This document shows positions 1 through 8,127 of a DNA stretch of 64,000 bases, piece after piece. The stretch covers positions 8,351 through 72,350 of the forward strand of contig JASEGA010000005.1 in assembly GCA_030018315.1 (NCBI GenBank). Direction: 5' to 3'. Position numbers and translations under genes: made by a program. Each line of letters opens with the position of its first letter. Within the stretch, counting starts at the first letter, position 1. This stretch comes from a bacterium. Lineage in GTDB: Bacteria; Hydrothermota; UBA3073; JACQXS01; JAGMCI01. Below the pieces are notes generated by a model. That model was not told the origin of the DNA. It worked only from the letters and a program-made list of their open reading frames with translations, and searched no databases.

Positions 1-1092
1 AATTCTTAGCTCTCTGAGCTCATTTGCAATACTTATAGAATAACCGGAACTTGCTTCATCAAATTGAGTTACAAGCACTTTAACTTTTGGCTTAAATTCT
101 GGCATCATACCGAGTTTTTCCATAACAGCAATAACCCGTTCAACTCCGATAGTAATACCAACTGCAGGTATTTCTTTCCCAAGAAATATGCCAATAAGAT
201 GGTCAAATCTGCCTCCGCCAGCAAGGCTACCAATTTTAGGCTCTTCAACCACAGTCTCAAATATAGGGCCTGTATAATAGTCAAATCCTCTTGCAAGCCA
301 CGGATTGAAAGAAAATCGCTCTTTCTTAACTTCAAAATGTTCTAAATAGTTAAATAGAGATTTAAGCTCTTGTAATCCATCATTTTGTGGTAATACTTGT
401 TCTAATTCTGGTAAACTTTTGCAAGCCTGTAACATATCTAAAAGCTCCTCTATAACATTTGATTTGATTCCTCTTAATTTAAGCTCCTCCTTTATACCAA
501 CAACTCCTATACGCTCAAGTTTATCTATTGTTCTATAGACTTCAAATTCTCTATTTTGCTCCACTCCCGTATACTTACATATACCTTCAAGTATTTTTCT
601 ATTATTGACTTTTGTTTTGAACTCTTTAAACCCAAGCGCAGAAAAAATCTCGTCTGTCATAGCAAGGATTTCAGCCTCTGCAAACATTGAATTAGTGCCA
701 ACAATATCCACATCACATTGATAAAACTCTCTAAACCTACCATATTGTGGCTTATCAGCTCGCCATACAGGTTGAATCTGGTATCTCATGAATGGCATTG
801 AAATCTCTGGGTACATTGCAATAACCCTTGCCAAAGGAATAGTAAAATCAAATCTTAAGCTTACATCTCTTTTACCTCTATCCTTAAATTTGTAAATAAG
901 CTTTTCTTCTTCTCCATATCTATTTTTACCTGATAATATTTCAAAATATTCAATAGCAGGAGTTTCAATAGGTTCAAATCCATAATTTTCAAAAATGTTT
1001 TTTATAATATTAATAACATACTCTCTTCTCCTCATCTCATCGGGTAGAAAATCTCTCATTCCTTTTAAAATTTTTGGTTTTATTTCACTCAT
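1..1092 (-). CDS. hisS: histidyl-tRNA synthetase (N-terminal ~364 codons; C-terminus runs off the window start)
   Basis: My own translation of the minus strand from ATG at 1092 gives MSEIKPKILKGMRDFLPDEMRRREYV...FMRYQIQPVWRADKPQYGRFREFYQCDVDIVG...ARGFDYYTGPIFE...LAGGGRFD, which are class II HisRS blocks. The frame stays open to position 1. It is absent from the ORF track, presumably because there is no stop in the window. Its ATG overlaps the hutH stop (ATGA). Confidence 0.9.
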   Translation of the reverse strand, partial: MSEIKPKILKGMRDFLPDEMRRREYVINIIKNIFENYGFEPIETPAIEYFEILSGKNRYGEEEKLIYKFKDRGKRDVSLRFDFTIPLARVIAMYPEISMPFMRYQIQPVWRADKPQYGRFREFYQCDVDIVGTNSMFAEAEILAMTDEIFSALGFKEFKTKVNNRKILEGICKYTGVEQNREFEVYRTIDKLERIGVVGIKEELKLRGIKSNVIEELLDMLQACKSLPELEQVLPQNDGLQELKSLFNYLEHFEVKKERFSFNPWLARGFDYYTGPIFETVVEEPKIGSLAGGGRFDHLIGIFLGKEIPAVGITIGVERVIAVMEKLGMMPEFKPKVKVLVTQFDEASSGYSISIANELRELRI

Positions 1093-2636
1093 ATTTCACC
1101 TACTTCATTTTCAACTGCGGTTAGTATCTCATTATTTTTAACAAGCTCCAATACTGCTTGAATATCTTTATAAATTTCTCTATCCTCATCTAAAAATGGT
1201 ACTTTTTCTCTTATTTTTTGGTATGCAACAAGTGTTCCTTTTCCGAGTTCTTGCAATTTTAGGCCTCCTAATTTCACTCTCAAATCTATTGACTGGGTGG
1301 CAACGAGTAATTCTATAGCTACAATGTGCTCAACATTTTTTATAATTTCTCTTGCGTCTTTTGCTGATATAGGAGCCATTGACACATAATCTTCTTGCCC
1401 TTCAGATGTAGGAATTGAATCAACCGATGCAGGATTGGCTAACACTTTATTTTCTGATACTAAGGAAGCAGCAGTGCACTGTGCAATTGCAAACCCCGAG
1501 TTTAGCCCAGGTTTAGTTGTAAGGAAACTTGGTAACCCTTTATTCAAATAGCTTGTGAGGAGTCTGAAAATTCTACGTTCTGAAATGTTACCAAGATTAG
1601 CTATCCCTATCCCTAATGCATCAAGCCATACTGCGATAGGTTCACCGTGAAAGTTACCACCTGATATGACTTTATTTAATTCTGTGAATACTAATGGATT
1701 ATCTGTTGCAGAATTTATCTCAATTAAGAGCTGTTTATCTACTATTTGTATAATGTCTAAAATCACCCCTAATACTTGAGGGATACACCGCAATGAATAA
1801 GCGTCTTGAACATGCTTTTTATCAGTATCTAACCACTTACTTCCTTGAGTTATATTTAGTATATTTTGTGCAACTTTACATGCACCCGGATACGGTCTAA
1901 TTTTATGAATTTCTTGGCAAAAAGGTGACCTAAATCCTATAAGAGCTTCAAGGCTTAATGAACTAGCTATTTCACTATTCTTAAAAACCTGCTGTGCATC
2001 CCATACAGCAATAGCACCAATTCCAGCTGATACCTGGCTTCCATTAATCAATGCAATCCCCTCTTTTGGTTCAAGTTCTAATGGTTTAATGCCAGCATTG
2101 TTAAGCGCTTGAATTCCAGTCATCCTCTGTCCTTGGTAATCTGCTTCTCCCTTTCCTATAAGAACAAGTGCAATATGGGCGAGTAAAGCAAGGTCTCCAG
2201 ATGCTCCGACAGACCCTTTTTCTGGAACGATAGGATAAATACCTTTATTAAGTAGTTCAAGAATAGTCTCAATAACTTCACATCTAACTCCAGAATACCC
2301 TTTTGCAAGTGCATTTGCTCTGAGTAATAAAGTAGCCCTAACAATCTCATGTGGTAAGGGTTCTCCTACTGCTGAAGCATGTGAAAGTATAATCTTTTGC
2401 TGAAAATCTTTAAGTTCAGTAGCTGTAATCCTAACATTTTCTTGTGAACCAACTCCTGTGTTCAATCCATAAATGGGTTCAAGAGCAGTACTCTTTTCTC
2501 TTACCCAATCTGAGCTCTTTTTAACTTTAAACTTTGCTTCTGGTGATAAAACAACTTTTATAGCTTGAGAACGAGCTACCTCCACAACATCTCTAATTGT
2601 CAAAGACTCTCCATCTATCACTAATTTCCTATTCAT
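1089..2636 (-). CDS. hutH: histidine ammonia-lyase family enzyme (MIO-dependent lyase/aminomutase)
   Basis: 515-aa ORF. It has the MIO-forming Ala-Ser-Gly triad in GSVGASGDLALLAH, plus YGLNTGVG, INGSQ and GGNFHGEP blocks typical of HAL/PAL/TAL enzymes. Substrate and lyase-versus-mutase activity cannot be decided by eye. Confidence 0.8.
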   Translation of the reverse strand: MNRKLVIDGESLTIRDVVEVARSQAIKVVLSPEAKFKVKKSSDWVREKSTALEPIYGLNTGVGSQENVRITATELKDFQQKIILSHASAVGEPLPHEIVRATLLLRANALAKGYSGVRCEVIETILELLNKGIYPIVPEKGSVGASGDLALLAHIALVLIGKGEADYQGQRMTGIQALNNAGIKPLELEPKEGIALINGSQVSAGIGAIAVWDAQQVFKNSEIASSLSLEALIGFRSPFCQEIHKIRPYPGACKVAQNILNITQGSKWLDTDKKHVQDAYSLRCIPQVLGVILDIIQIVDKQLLIEINSATDNPLVFTELNKVISGGNFHGEPIAVWLDALGIGIANLGNISERRIFRLLTSYLNKGLPSFLTTKPGLNSGFAIAQCTAASLVSENKVLANPASVDSIPTSEGQEDYVSMAPISAKDAREIIKNVEHIVAIELLVATQSIDLRVKLGGLKLQELGKGTLVAYQKIREKVPFLDEDREIYKDIQAVLELVKNNEILTAVENEVGEI

Positions 2637-2722
2637 TAAATATTAGAAGTTAATTCTCTTTATACACGATTTTCCTGTACACAAACATGGTTTGTTATTT
2701 AATAATTTAGCTTTATTCCCAC

Positions 2723-2863
2723 TCAATTAAAAGCTTTAATTTGAGTCCCAGTAATCTCCGGTGTAACTATCTTGGAGTATACTTTCTGCTCTCTCACTCT
2801 TCTACCTATCAAATGACAATATTGATCACCAAAGTCAAATACAAGAATTGTATCGGGTTGCAT
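2723..2863 (-). pseudogene. remnant of GMP synthase glutamine-amidotransferase N-terminus (46 codons then stop)
   Basis: Hand translation gives [46 protein letters not shown]. This matches the conserved GuaA start (ILxLDFGSQYxQLIARRVRExxVYxE...). I saw no continuation of similarity in any frame after the TGA at 2723-2725. Confidence 0.5.
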
Positions 2864-2890
2864 GGTATTTGTCACTCACATTAATATTAA

Positions 2891-3229
2891 TTAGCAAGTT
2901 AGATGTAAGGCGGCTATCACTTTCTTTGTATTAATCAACTTATTATAATCTTCACATGCTTCATTTGTTGGCTTTACTATAACTTCTACTTGGTTTGCTT
3001 TTATAGTTTCTAATAATTCATTAGGAACATCCATCACTCCATAAGCTCCAGTTCCTATTATAAGTACATCTGGAGACTCCTTTAACACTTCAGAGAGGTC
3101 ATCTATTTGCAGTAAATGCCCACTCTTACGCCACCAATTTTGGTTAACCCTATCCGGATATATAATGACATCATGAGTGTATGTAATCCCATTTATTACA
3201 ATTCTTCCAAATTCGTAAGAATCAATCAT
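2891..3229 (-). CDS. Mth938-like (DUF498) domain protein
   Basis: 112 aa. The pattern YGxIxING..Y..DVII.P......W........L...DL..VL...PDVLIIGTG is typical of Mth938/NDUFAF3-like proteins. It has a 4-nt overlap with the mreD stop. Confidence 0.55.
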   Translation of the reverse strand: MIDSYEFGRIVINGITYTHDVIIYPDRVNQNWWRKSGHLLQIDDLSEVLKESPDVLIIGTGAYGVMDVPNELLETIKANQVEVIVKPTNEACEDYNKLINTKKVIAALHLTC

Positions 3230-3681
3230 TTTACCTTCCTTTTTATCCTTCTAAGAATAGAAAATATAATCACCCCCACTATAGTTGTATACAATGCTCC
3301 GGGCATGATATATCTTCCAAAGAAAAAAAGTGACAGCTCTTTTTGACTTGCAAAAATGACAGTCTCGTAGAACAAGGATGTTACGAAAAGTGTAATCATC
3401 CATAAAATTGGAGTCTCTCGATAAACTCTGGTCCCAATACTCCCTACTCCATAGCCAACCATAGTTCCTACAAGGGCATTATAACCTAAAGATGAACTAT
3501 ATAAATCCAGAAATAGACCTGTCAAAAAGCCAACCCACATAGCTGTTTTTCCATAAAATAGGGCTATGTAAATTACAAGAATCATCACGATATTTGGTGT
3601 AACCTGAAATACAGCTATGTTTAGGAGTATACTTATCTGAATTATGCATAAAAAGAAAGTAATGATACATAAACCTATCAT
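3226..3681 (-). CDS. mreD: rod shape-determining protein MreD
   Basis: 151-aa polytopic membrane protein that directly abuts mreC, in the mreB-mreC-mreD position. Confidence 0.7.
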   Translation of the reverse strand: MIGLCIITFFLCIIQISILLNIAVFQVTPNIVMILVIYIALFYGKTAMWVGFLTGLFLDLYSSSLGYNALVGTMVGYGVGSIGTRVYRETPILWMITLFVTSLFYETVIFASQKELSLFFFGRYIMPGALYTTIVGVIIFSILRRIKRKVK

Positions 3682-4572
3682 TTACTCATGCAGCTCTGTC
3701 CGAATTGAAGGTTCTTGAATTTTAAATTTAGTAGGAATCCATCTGTCTTCTTTTGGATAGATTTCCCATACAGGAGTTTCATAAATAGCTTCTTTTTCCG
3801 ACACAGTTGGCATTTCTTTTACGATAAAAACGTATTCAACTTCTGAAAATTTACAAACTGGTTTTAACCTGATTGAATAAAACAGCTTTGTCTTATCCAC
3901 ATCTATTTTTTCTACTTCACCGATTTCTAATCCCTTAGGAAACACACTGCCAAGTCCAGAAGTGACTATTTTATCACCAACTTTTATATCAGAATAAATT
4001 GGCACCTTTTCAAGTATACAGCCTTCACCACTCTCCCATTTTGCAATTCCCTGAATTCCAGTACGTATATCCATAGCACTTACTCTAAAATTAAAGTTAA
4101 AAAAAGTCTGGACCACGGCTATATTTTTTCTATTTTCCAGTATCTTACCGTATACTCCATCCATCGTAATAACAGGTAGATTCTTTTCTACTCCGTCATC
4201 TTCTCCTTTATCAACTACACATATTCCTGACATCGGGTCTGGGTCTCTACCTACCACTTTTGCTGCAATTAGTTTGTATGGCTTTTGAGTCTTAAATTCA
4301 AGTAATGACTTTAGTTTTTCATTTTCATATTTATACATCTTAAGCTGTTGATTTTCAAATACAAGTTGAGCCATTTTCTGTTTAAGGATTTTATTCTCAT
4401 GTCTTATTTTAAAAGTATTAAAAAGAAAAGAAGCATATTTTTGAAATGGCGAAAAGAATGAAGTTGCTCTAAGTTGAACTCTTATCCCTCTTTGTGTTTT
4501 TCCAAGTCCAATTAACACTATACAAATGATAATAAGTAAGATAAACCATATACTAACTTCTCTTCTCCACAT
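3682..4572 (-). CDS. mreC: rod shape-determining protein MreC
   Basis: 296 aa with an N-terminal TM, a coiled-coil (ENQQLK..ENEKLKSLL) and then a beta-rich domain. There is no gap to mreB. Confidence 0.85.
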   Translation of the reverse strand: MWRREVSIWFILLIIICIVLIGLGKTQRGIRVQLRATSFFSPFQKYASFLFNTFKIRHENKILKQKMAQLVFENQQLKMYKYENEKLKSLLEFKTQKPYKLIAAKVVGRDPDPMSGICVVDKGEDDGVEKNLPVITMDGVYGKILENRKNIAVVQTFFNFNFRVSAMDIRTGIQGIAKWESGEGCILEKVPIYSDIKVGDKIVTSGLGSVFPKGLEIGEVEKIDVDKTKLFYSIRLKPVCKFSEVEYVFIVKEMPTVSEKEAIYETPVWEIYPKEDRWIPTKFKIQEPSIRTELHE

Positions 4573-5625
4573 CTATACGCTATGCATAAGGACTTTGTGA
4601 TACTTATCAAAATTATCAAGAATCTTACCAGTCCCTTTGACAACGCACTCAATAGGGTCTTCAGAAATTTTCACTTTAAGCGCCGTTTCTCTTGATATCA
4701 GTATTGGAAGTCCTCGAAGTAGTGCGCCACCACCAGCTAATGTAATACCGCTATCTATAATATCGGACGAAAGTTCTGGTGGAGTGCGTTCAAGTGCATG
4801 TTTTACTGCATCAATAATTGCATTTACAGGCGTTTTTAACGCTTCTCTTATCTCTTTAGAATTTACTTTAACAGTCCTTGGCAATCCAGCTATAGCGTCT
4901 CGCCCCTTTACTTCTATACTCTCCTCAGTTTCTAATGGCATTACAGAGCCTATTTTTATTTTTATCCCCTCTGCTGTAGTTTCACCTATAAGCAAGTTAT
5001 ATTTCTTCTTTAGGTACTCAACAATGGCATCGTCCATCTCATCTCCTGCTATTCTAATAGATATTTTACATACTATATCAGAAAGTGCAATAACAGCTAT
5101 CTCTGTAGTCCCTCCTCCTACATCTATTACCATATTTCCTGCCGGTGATTCAATTGGAAGTCCTGCTCCTATAGCAGCTGCAACGGGCTCCGCTACAAGC
5201 CATACATTAGATGCACCAGCATGGTCTACAGAATCCTTCACTGCCCTTCGTTCCACATCTGTTATCCCTGAAGGGACAGCTACAACAACTCTCGGTCTTA
5301 CAAACAGTCCCTTAACTTGAACTTGATGAATGAAAGTTCTAATCATTTCTTCAGTAATCGCAAAATCTGCTATAACACCGTGTTTCATTGGTCTTATAGC
5401 CTTAACAGTATCCGGAGTTCTACCCAGCATTTTTCTTGCTTCCTCTCCAACTGCTATTGGTTTATGTGAATTTGCATCAATAGCTACAACTGTTGGCTCG
5501 TTTAATACTATTCCCCTCCCCTTCACATATACAAGTGTAGTAGCAGTCCCAAGGTCAATTCCTACATCGTGGCCAAGGAATTTACTAAATATATCTTTAA
5601 GAGCCATAACGTCCCCCACATACAC
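4573..5625 (-). CDS. mreB: rod shape-determining actin homologue MreB (start may be the ATG at 5607)
   Basis: Motifs GIDLGTATTLVYV, AVPSGITDVERRA, DVGGGTTEIAV and LAGGGALLRGL. Confidence 0.95.
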   Translation of the reverse strand: MYVGDVMALKDIFSKFLGHDVGIDLGTATTLVYVKGRGIVLNEPTVVAIDANSHKPIAVGEEARKMLGRTPDTVKAIRPMKHGVIADFAITEEMIRTFIHQVQVKGLFVRPRVVVAVPSGITDVERRAVKDSVDHAGASNVWLVAEPVAAAIGAGLPIESPAGNMVIDVGGGTTEIAVIALSDIVCKISIRIAGDEMDDAIVEYLKKKYNLLIGETTAEGIKIKIGSVMPLETEESIEVKGRDAIAGLPRTVKVNSKEIREALKTPVNAIIDAVKHALERTPPELSSDIIDSGITLAGGGALLRGLPILISRETALKVKISEDPIECVVKGTGKILDNFDKYHKVLMHSV

Positions 5626-6274
5626 TTACACAGACTCCACATATATAAACTCCTATCCCTTTTAATTTGCTAAACTCCCTCAATTTACTAATGCACTTTC
5701 CCTTATCATACCCAGATTCAGTGATAGCAAGCGCAGGACACACTTCTATACACTTTTTGCAATCATTGCATCCACCATCACTTATTGGTTTATCCAGCTT
5801 TAGTGGAAAATCAGTCAAGATAGTAGCATACCTAACCTTAGCACCATAATCTGGATTTACAAGAAGACCAGAGCGTCCAATCCACCCGAGACCGCATTCC
5901 CTACCTATTAGTGAATGAGGAAGATGCCCAATCTGGTATTCCCAATCAACTGTCTGAGATGCAGGTATTGCAACTGCATTTTTGCCTTTGGACTGAATAA
6001 AGTTTGACACCTGCTCAGCAACTTGGTCGAGTATCCAATTCACAGTTTTATAGTGATGTTTATAAATTAAAGTAGGTGCTCCTTTAATTGTTGAAAGTAC
6101 CGAATCCGAAAGCCTATATCCAATAGAGATACCATAAGGTAAGCTTTCTGCCACTTCTCTTATAGAAGGGTGAAATTTCTCCTTTAACTTCTCAATATTA
6201 CAGACTCCAAAAAGTGCAATTCCTTTATTAACAACGAACTCTTTAATTTCACTGTAATTTTTTTCTTCCTTCAC
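5597..6274 (-). CDS. QueG/reductive-dehalogenase-like 4Fe-4S protein (short, epoxyqueuosine-reductase-like)
   Basis: 225 aa with a GTG start. Motifs GLGWIGRSGLLVNPDYGAKVRYATILTD and CNDCKKCIEVCP resemble the QueG core. It lacks the long N- and C-terminal parts of canonical QueG. Confidence 0.5.
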   Translation of the reverse strand: MKEEKNYSEIKEFVVNKGIALFGVCNIEKLKEKFHPSIREVAESLPYGISIGYRLSDSVLSTIKGAPTLIYKHHYKTVNWILDQVAEQVSNFIQSKGKNAVAIPASQTVDWEYQIGHLPHSLIGRECGLGWIGRSGLLVNPDYGAKVRYATILTDFPLKLDKPISDGGCNDCKKCIEVCPALAITESGYDKGKCISKLREFSKLKGIGVYICGVCVSVCGGRYGS

Positions 6275-6280
6275 TTCCTA

Positions 6281-6308
6281 ATTTTACTCAAAGACGCTCT
6301 AATGTCAA
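6281..6308 (-). promoter_or_regulatory. sigma70-type promoter for the QueG-like gene
   Basis: Minus strand reads TTGACA, a 16-nt spacer, then TAAAT-type TAAAAT. The -10 box ends 6 nt before the GTG at 6274. Confidence 0.5.
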
Positions 6309-6394
6309 GATATAATTTTCATGAGACTACTCAAAATTTAACAATTTTCAAATAGAGTATTGAAAAATAGGTAAACTTTATGTCAATATTTTAC

Positions 6395-6423
6395 TTGACA
6401 CATCTTACAAATTTCAGTAAAAT
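6395..6423 (+). promoter_or_regulatory. sigma70-type promoter for rpe
   Basis: TTGACA (6395-6400), 17-nt spacer, TAAAAT (6418-6423). The ATG is at 6433, 9 nt after the -10 box, and there is no SD. Confidence 0.6.
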
Positions 6424-6432
6424 CTACCAACA

Positions 6433-7080
6433 ATGGTACAAATAGCGCCTTCATTACTTTCGTGTGATTTTTCTTGTCTTGAGCATGAGATTCGTACAGT
6501 AGAGGTAGCAGGTGCAGATTTATTACATCTTGATGTTATGGATGGTCACTTTGTCCCAAATCTCACTTTTGGGCCAGTTGTGATTAAAGGCATTCGTAAA
6601 CTAACTTCGTTACCCCTTGATGCTCATTTAATGGTTGAGACTCCCGAGCGCTGGGTTGAAAAATTTATTTCTGCTGGCGTAGACTGGATAAGCTTTCATA
6701 TTGAAGTGGCGAAAAATCCAAAACAAGTAATCAATCTTGTAAAAAGTAGTAGACTTAAAGTTGGGCTTGCTATAAATCCACCAACTCCATTGGAATCAAT
6801 TATAAATTGGGTTAATGATGTAGATTTCATCCTTGTAATGACAGTAAATCCTGGCTTTGGTGGTCAAGAATTTATATCTGAACCTCTTGAGAAAGTAAAA
6901 GCCCTAAGTAAAATGGGCGTAATGGTAGAGGTAGATGGCGGAGTCAACTTAAGCAATGTCTCTAAAGTAGCCGATGCAGGTGCGTCCACTATTGTAAGTG
7001 GGGCTGGCGTATTTAATACTAAAGACCCTGGCACTACCTTAAAGAAGTTAAAATCTATTGCCAATGGCACGCAAATGTGA
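6433..7080 (+). CDS. rpe: ribulose-phosphate 3-epimerase
   Basis: Motifs HLDVMDGHFVPN and MTVNPGFGGQEF, plus the VDGG block. Confidence 0.9.
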   Translation: MVQIAPSLLSCDFSCLEHEIRTVEVAGADLLHLDVMDGHFVPNLTFGPVVIKGIRKLTSLPLDAHLMVETPERWVEKFISAGVDWISFHIEVAKNPKQVINLVKSSRLKVGLAINPPTPLESIINWVNDVDFILVMTVNPGFGGQEFISEPLEKVKALSKMGVMVEVDGGVNLSNVSKVADAGASTIVSGAGVFNTKDPGTTLKKLKSIANGTQM

Positions 7081-7252
7081 AATATGTAGTAAAAGGGGGC
7101 TTTACGGTTCAAGTATAAGTCACTCACACCGTGTTACAAAGCGTAGACAGTTTCCCAATCTTCATACTGTAAGGACTAAAGTTGGTGGGAAAGTCAAAAG
7201 GATACTAATTTGTACCCGGTGTCTAAGGTCTGGTAAAGTAGAAGTTGTGTAA
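7064..7252 (+). CDS. rpmB: 50S ribosomal protein L28
   Basis: MARKCEICSKRGLYGSSISHSHRVTKRRQFPNL. I prefer the ATG at 7064 over the TTG at 7058. It overlaps the rpe 3' end. Confidence 0.9.
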   Translation: MARKCEICSKRGLYGSSISHSHRVTKRRQFPNLHTVRTKVGGKVKRILICTRCLRSGKVEVV

Positions 7253-7269
7253 AATAGTTTAGCTTTACT

Positions 7270-7295
7270 GAGAAATCCAAAGTCCAAATTTCAAG
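7270..7295. repeat. CAAAT-type oligo-repeat tract
   Basis: gagaaatccaaagtccaaatttcaag lies between convergent rpmB and lpxH and overlaps the lpxH stop. Confidence 0.6.
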
Positions 7296-8013
7296 ATTGT
7301 TCCCAAAAGTATAGCTTAAATTCACCGTCTATTAACTTTCCATAAGAGAAATGGTGTTTCCAGTCCCCGAGCATCAAGAACTGTTTATTTTTATAACTTA
7401 TGTGTTTAGGTAAGTGTATGTGTCCTAAAATAACAGCATCAAACCCTTGTTCAAACTTTTGGCAAGCAAATTTATATAGATACTTCCATCTCATAGTTTC
7501 TTTATTTGATAGCTTTCTTGAAATTCTTGCTATCAATCTTGCTATGTTTCTTCCAATATCGGGATGTAACCAGTAAAAAATGAAATTACTTAATCTATTT
7601 CTGAGTACAAATCTCATTAGGTCAAATGAATAAATTTCATCTCCGTGTGCAATAAAAACTCTTTTTCCTTGTAGCATAAGTTCTACTGGTTTTTTATAAA
7701 CGCTTATATTGAGCTCTTTTGTAAAAAAGTCACCTACCCAAAAATCATGGTTCCCAATTATATAATAAATTTTAACTCCTGTTTTTCTAAGTGAACTTAG
7801 TGCACATAGAATATTAAAGTAAACTTTTGGTATTTGTGTTTTGTATTCAAAATAGAAGTCAAAAAGGTCACCTACAATAAAAAGCGAGTCGCATTTTCCT
7901 TTGATGTACTCTATAAACTCAAGAAATTTACATAGCTTAGTTGATTCACTGTCAGCTTCTTCAAAATGTTGGTCAGATATAAAATACACTGGCATATATT
8001 CTAAAAATTCCAA
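7291..8013 (-). CDS. lpxH: UDP-2,3-diacylglucosamine diphosphatase-like metallophosphoesterase
   Basis: Calcineurin-like motifs ISDQHF, GDLFDF, GNHDFW, HGDE and GHIH, in the order and length expected for LpxH. Confidence 0.65.
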   Translation of the reverse strand: MEFLEYMPVYFISDQHFEEADSESTKLCKFLEFIEYIKGKCDSLFIVGDLFDFYFEYKTQIPKVYFNILCALSSLRKTGVKIYYIIGNHDFWVGDFFTKELNISVYKKPVELMLQGKRVFIAHGDEIYSFDLMRFVLRNRLSNFIFYWLHPDIGRNIARLIARISRKLSNKETMRWKYLYKFACQKFEQGFDAVILGHIHLPKHISYKNKQFLMLGDWKHHFSYGKLIDGEFKLYFWEQS

Positions 8014-8070
8014 ATCTCAAGCATCAAATTCCAAATAAATCCCAATGTTCAAACTCCAATTTTCAAAATA
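8003..8070. repeat. CAAAT-type oligo-repeat tract (about 8 units)
   Basis: aaaaattccaaatctcaagcatcaaattccaaataaatcccaatgttcaaactccaattttcaaaata, made of degenerate 7-8-nt units (T/A)(T/C)CAAA(T/C). Confidence 0.7.
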
Positions 8071-8127
8071 TCATCTGCTTTGTCAGTTCAGGGGAACTGA
8101 CCTAATTACTTTCTTGCGACTAAATAA

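Noticed and set aside
64-345. Track ORFs 64-345 (+) and 105-335 (-)
   Set aside because: The region is covered by the continuous hisS reading frame on the minus strand. The listed ORFs are in other frames and have no motif support.
4637-5665. Plus-strand ORFs of 227 aa and 111 aa in the track, antisense to mreB
   Set aside because: They are shadow ORFs with Ser/Pro/Ile-rich low-complexity translations and no recognisable motifs. They lie entirely within the strongly supported mreB gene.
8003-8070. Possible CRISPR array or tandem repeat
   Set aside because: The units are only 7-8 nt, degenerate and contiguous, with no unique spacers. No cas genes are in the window.
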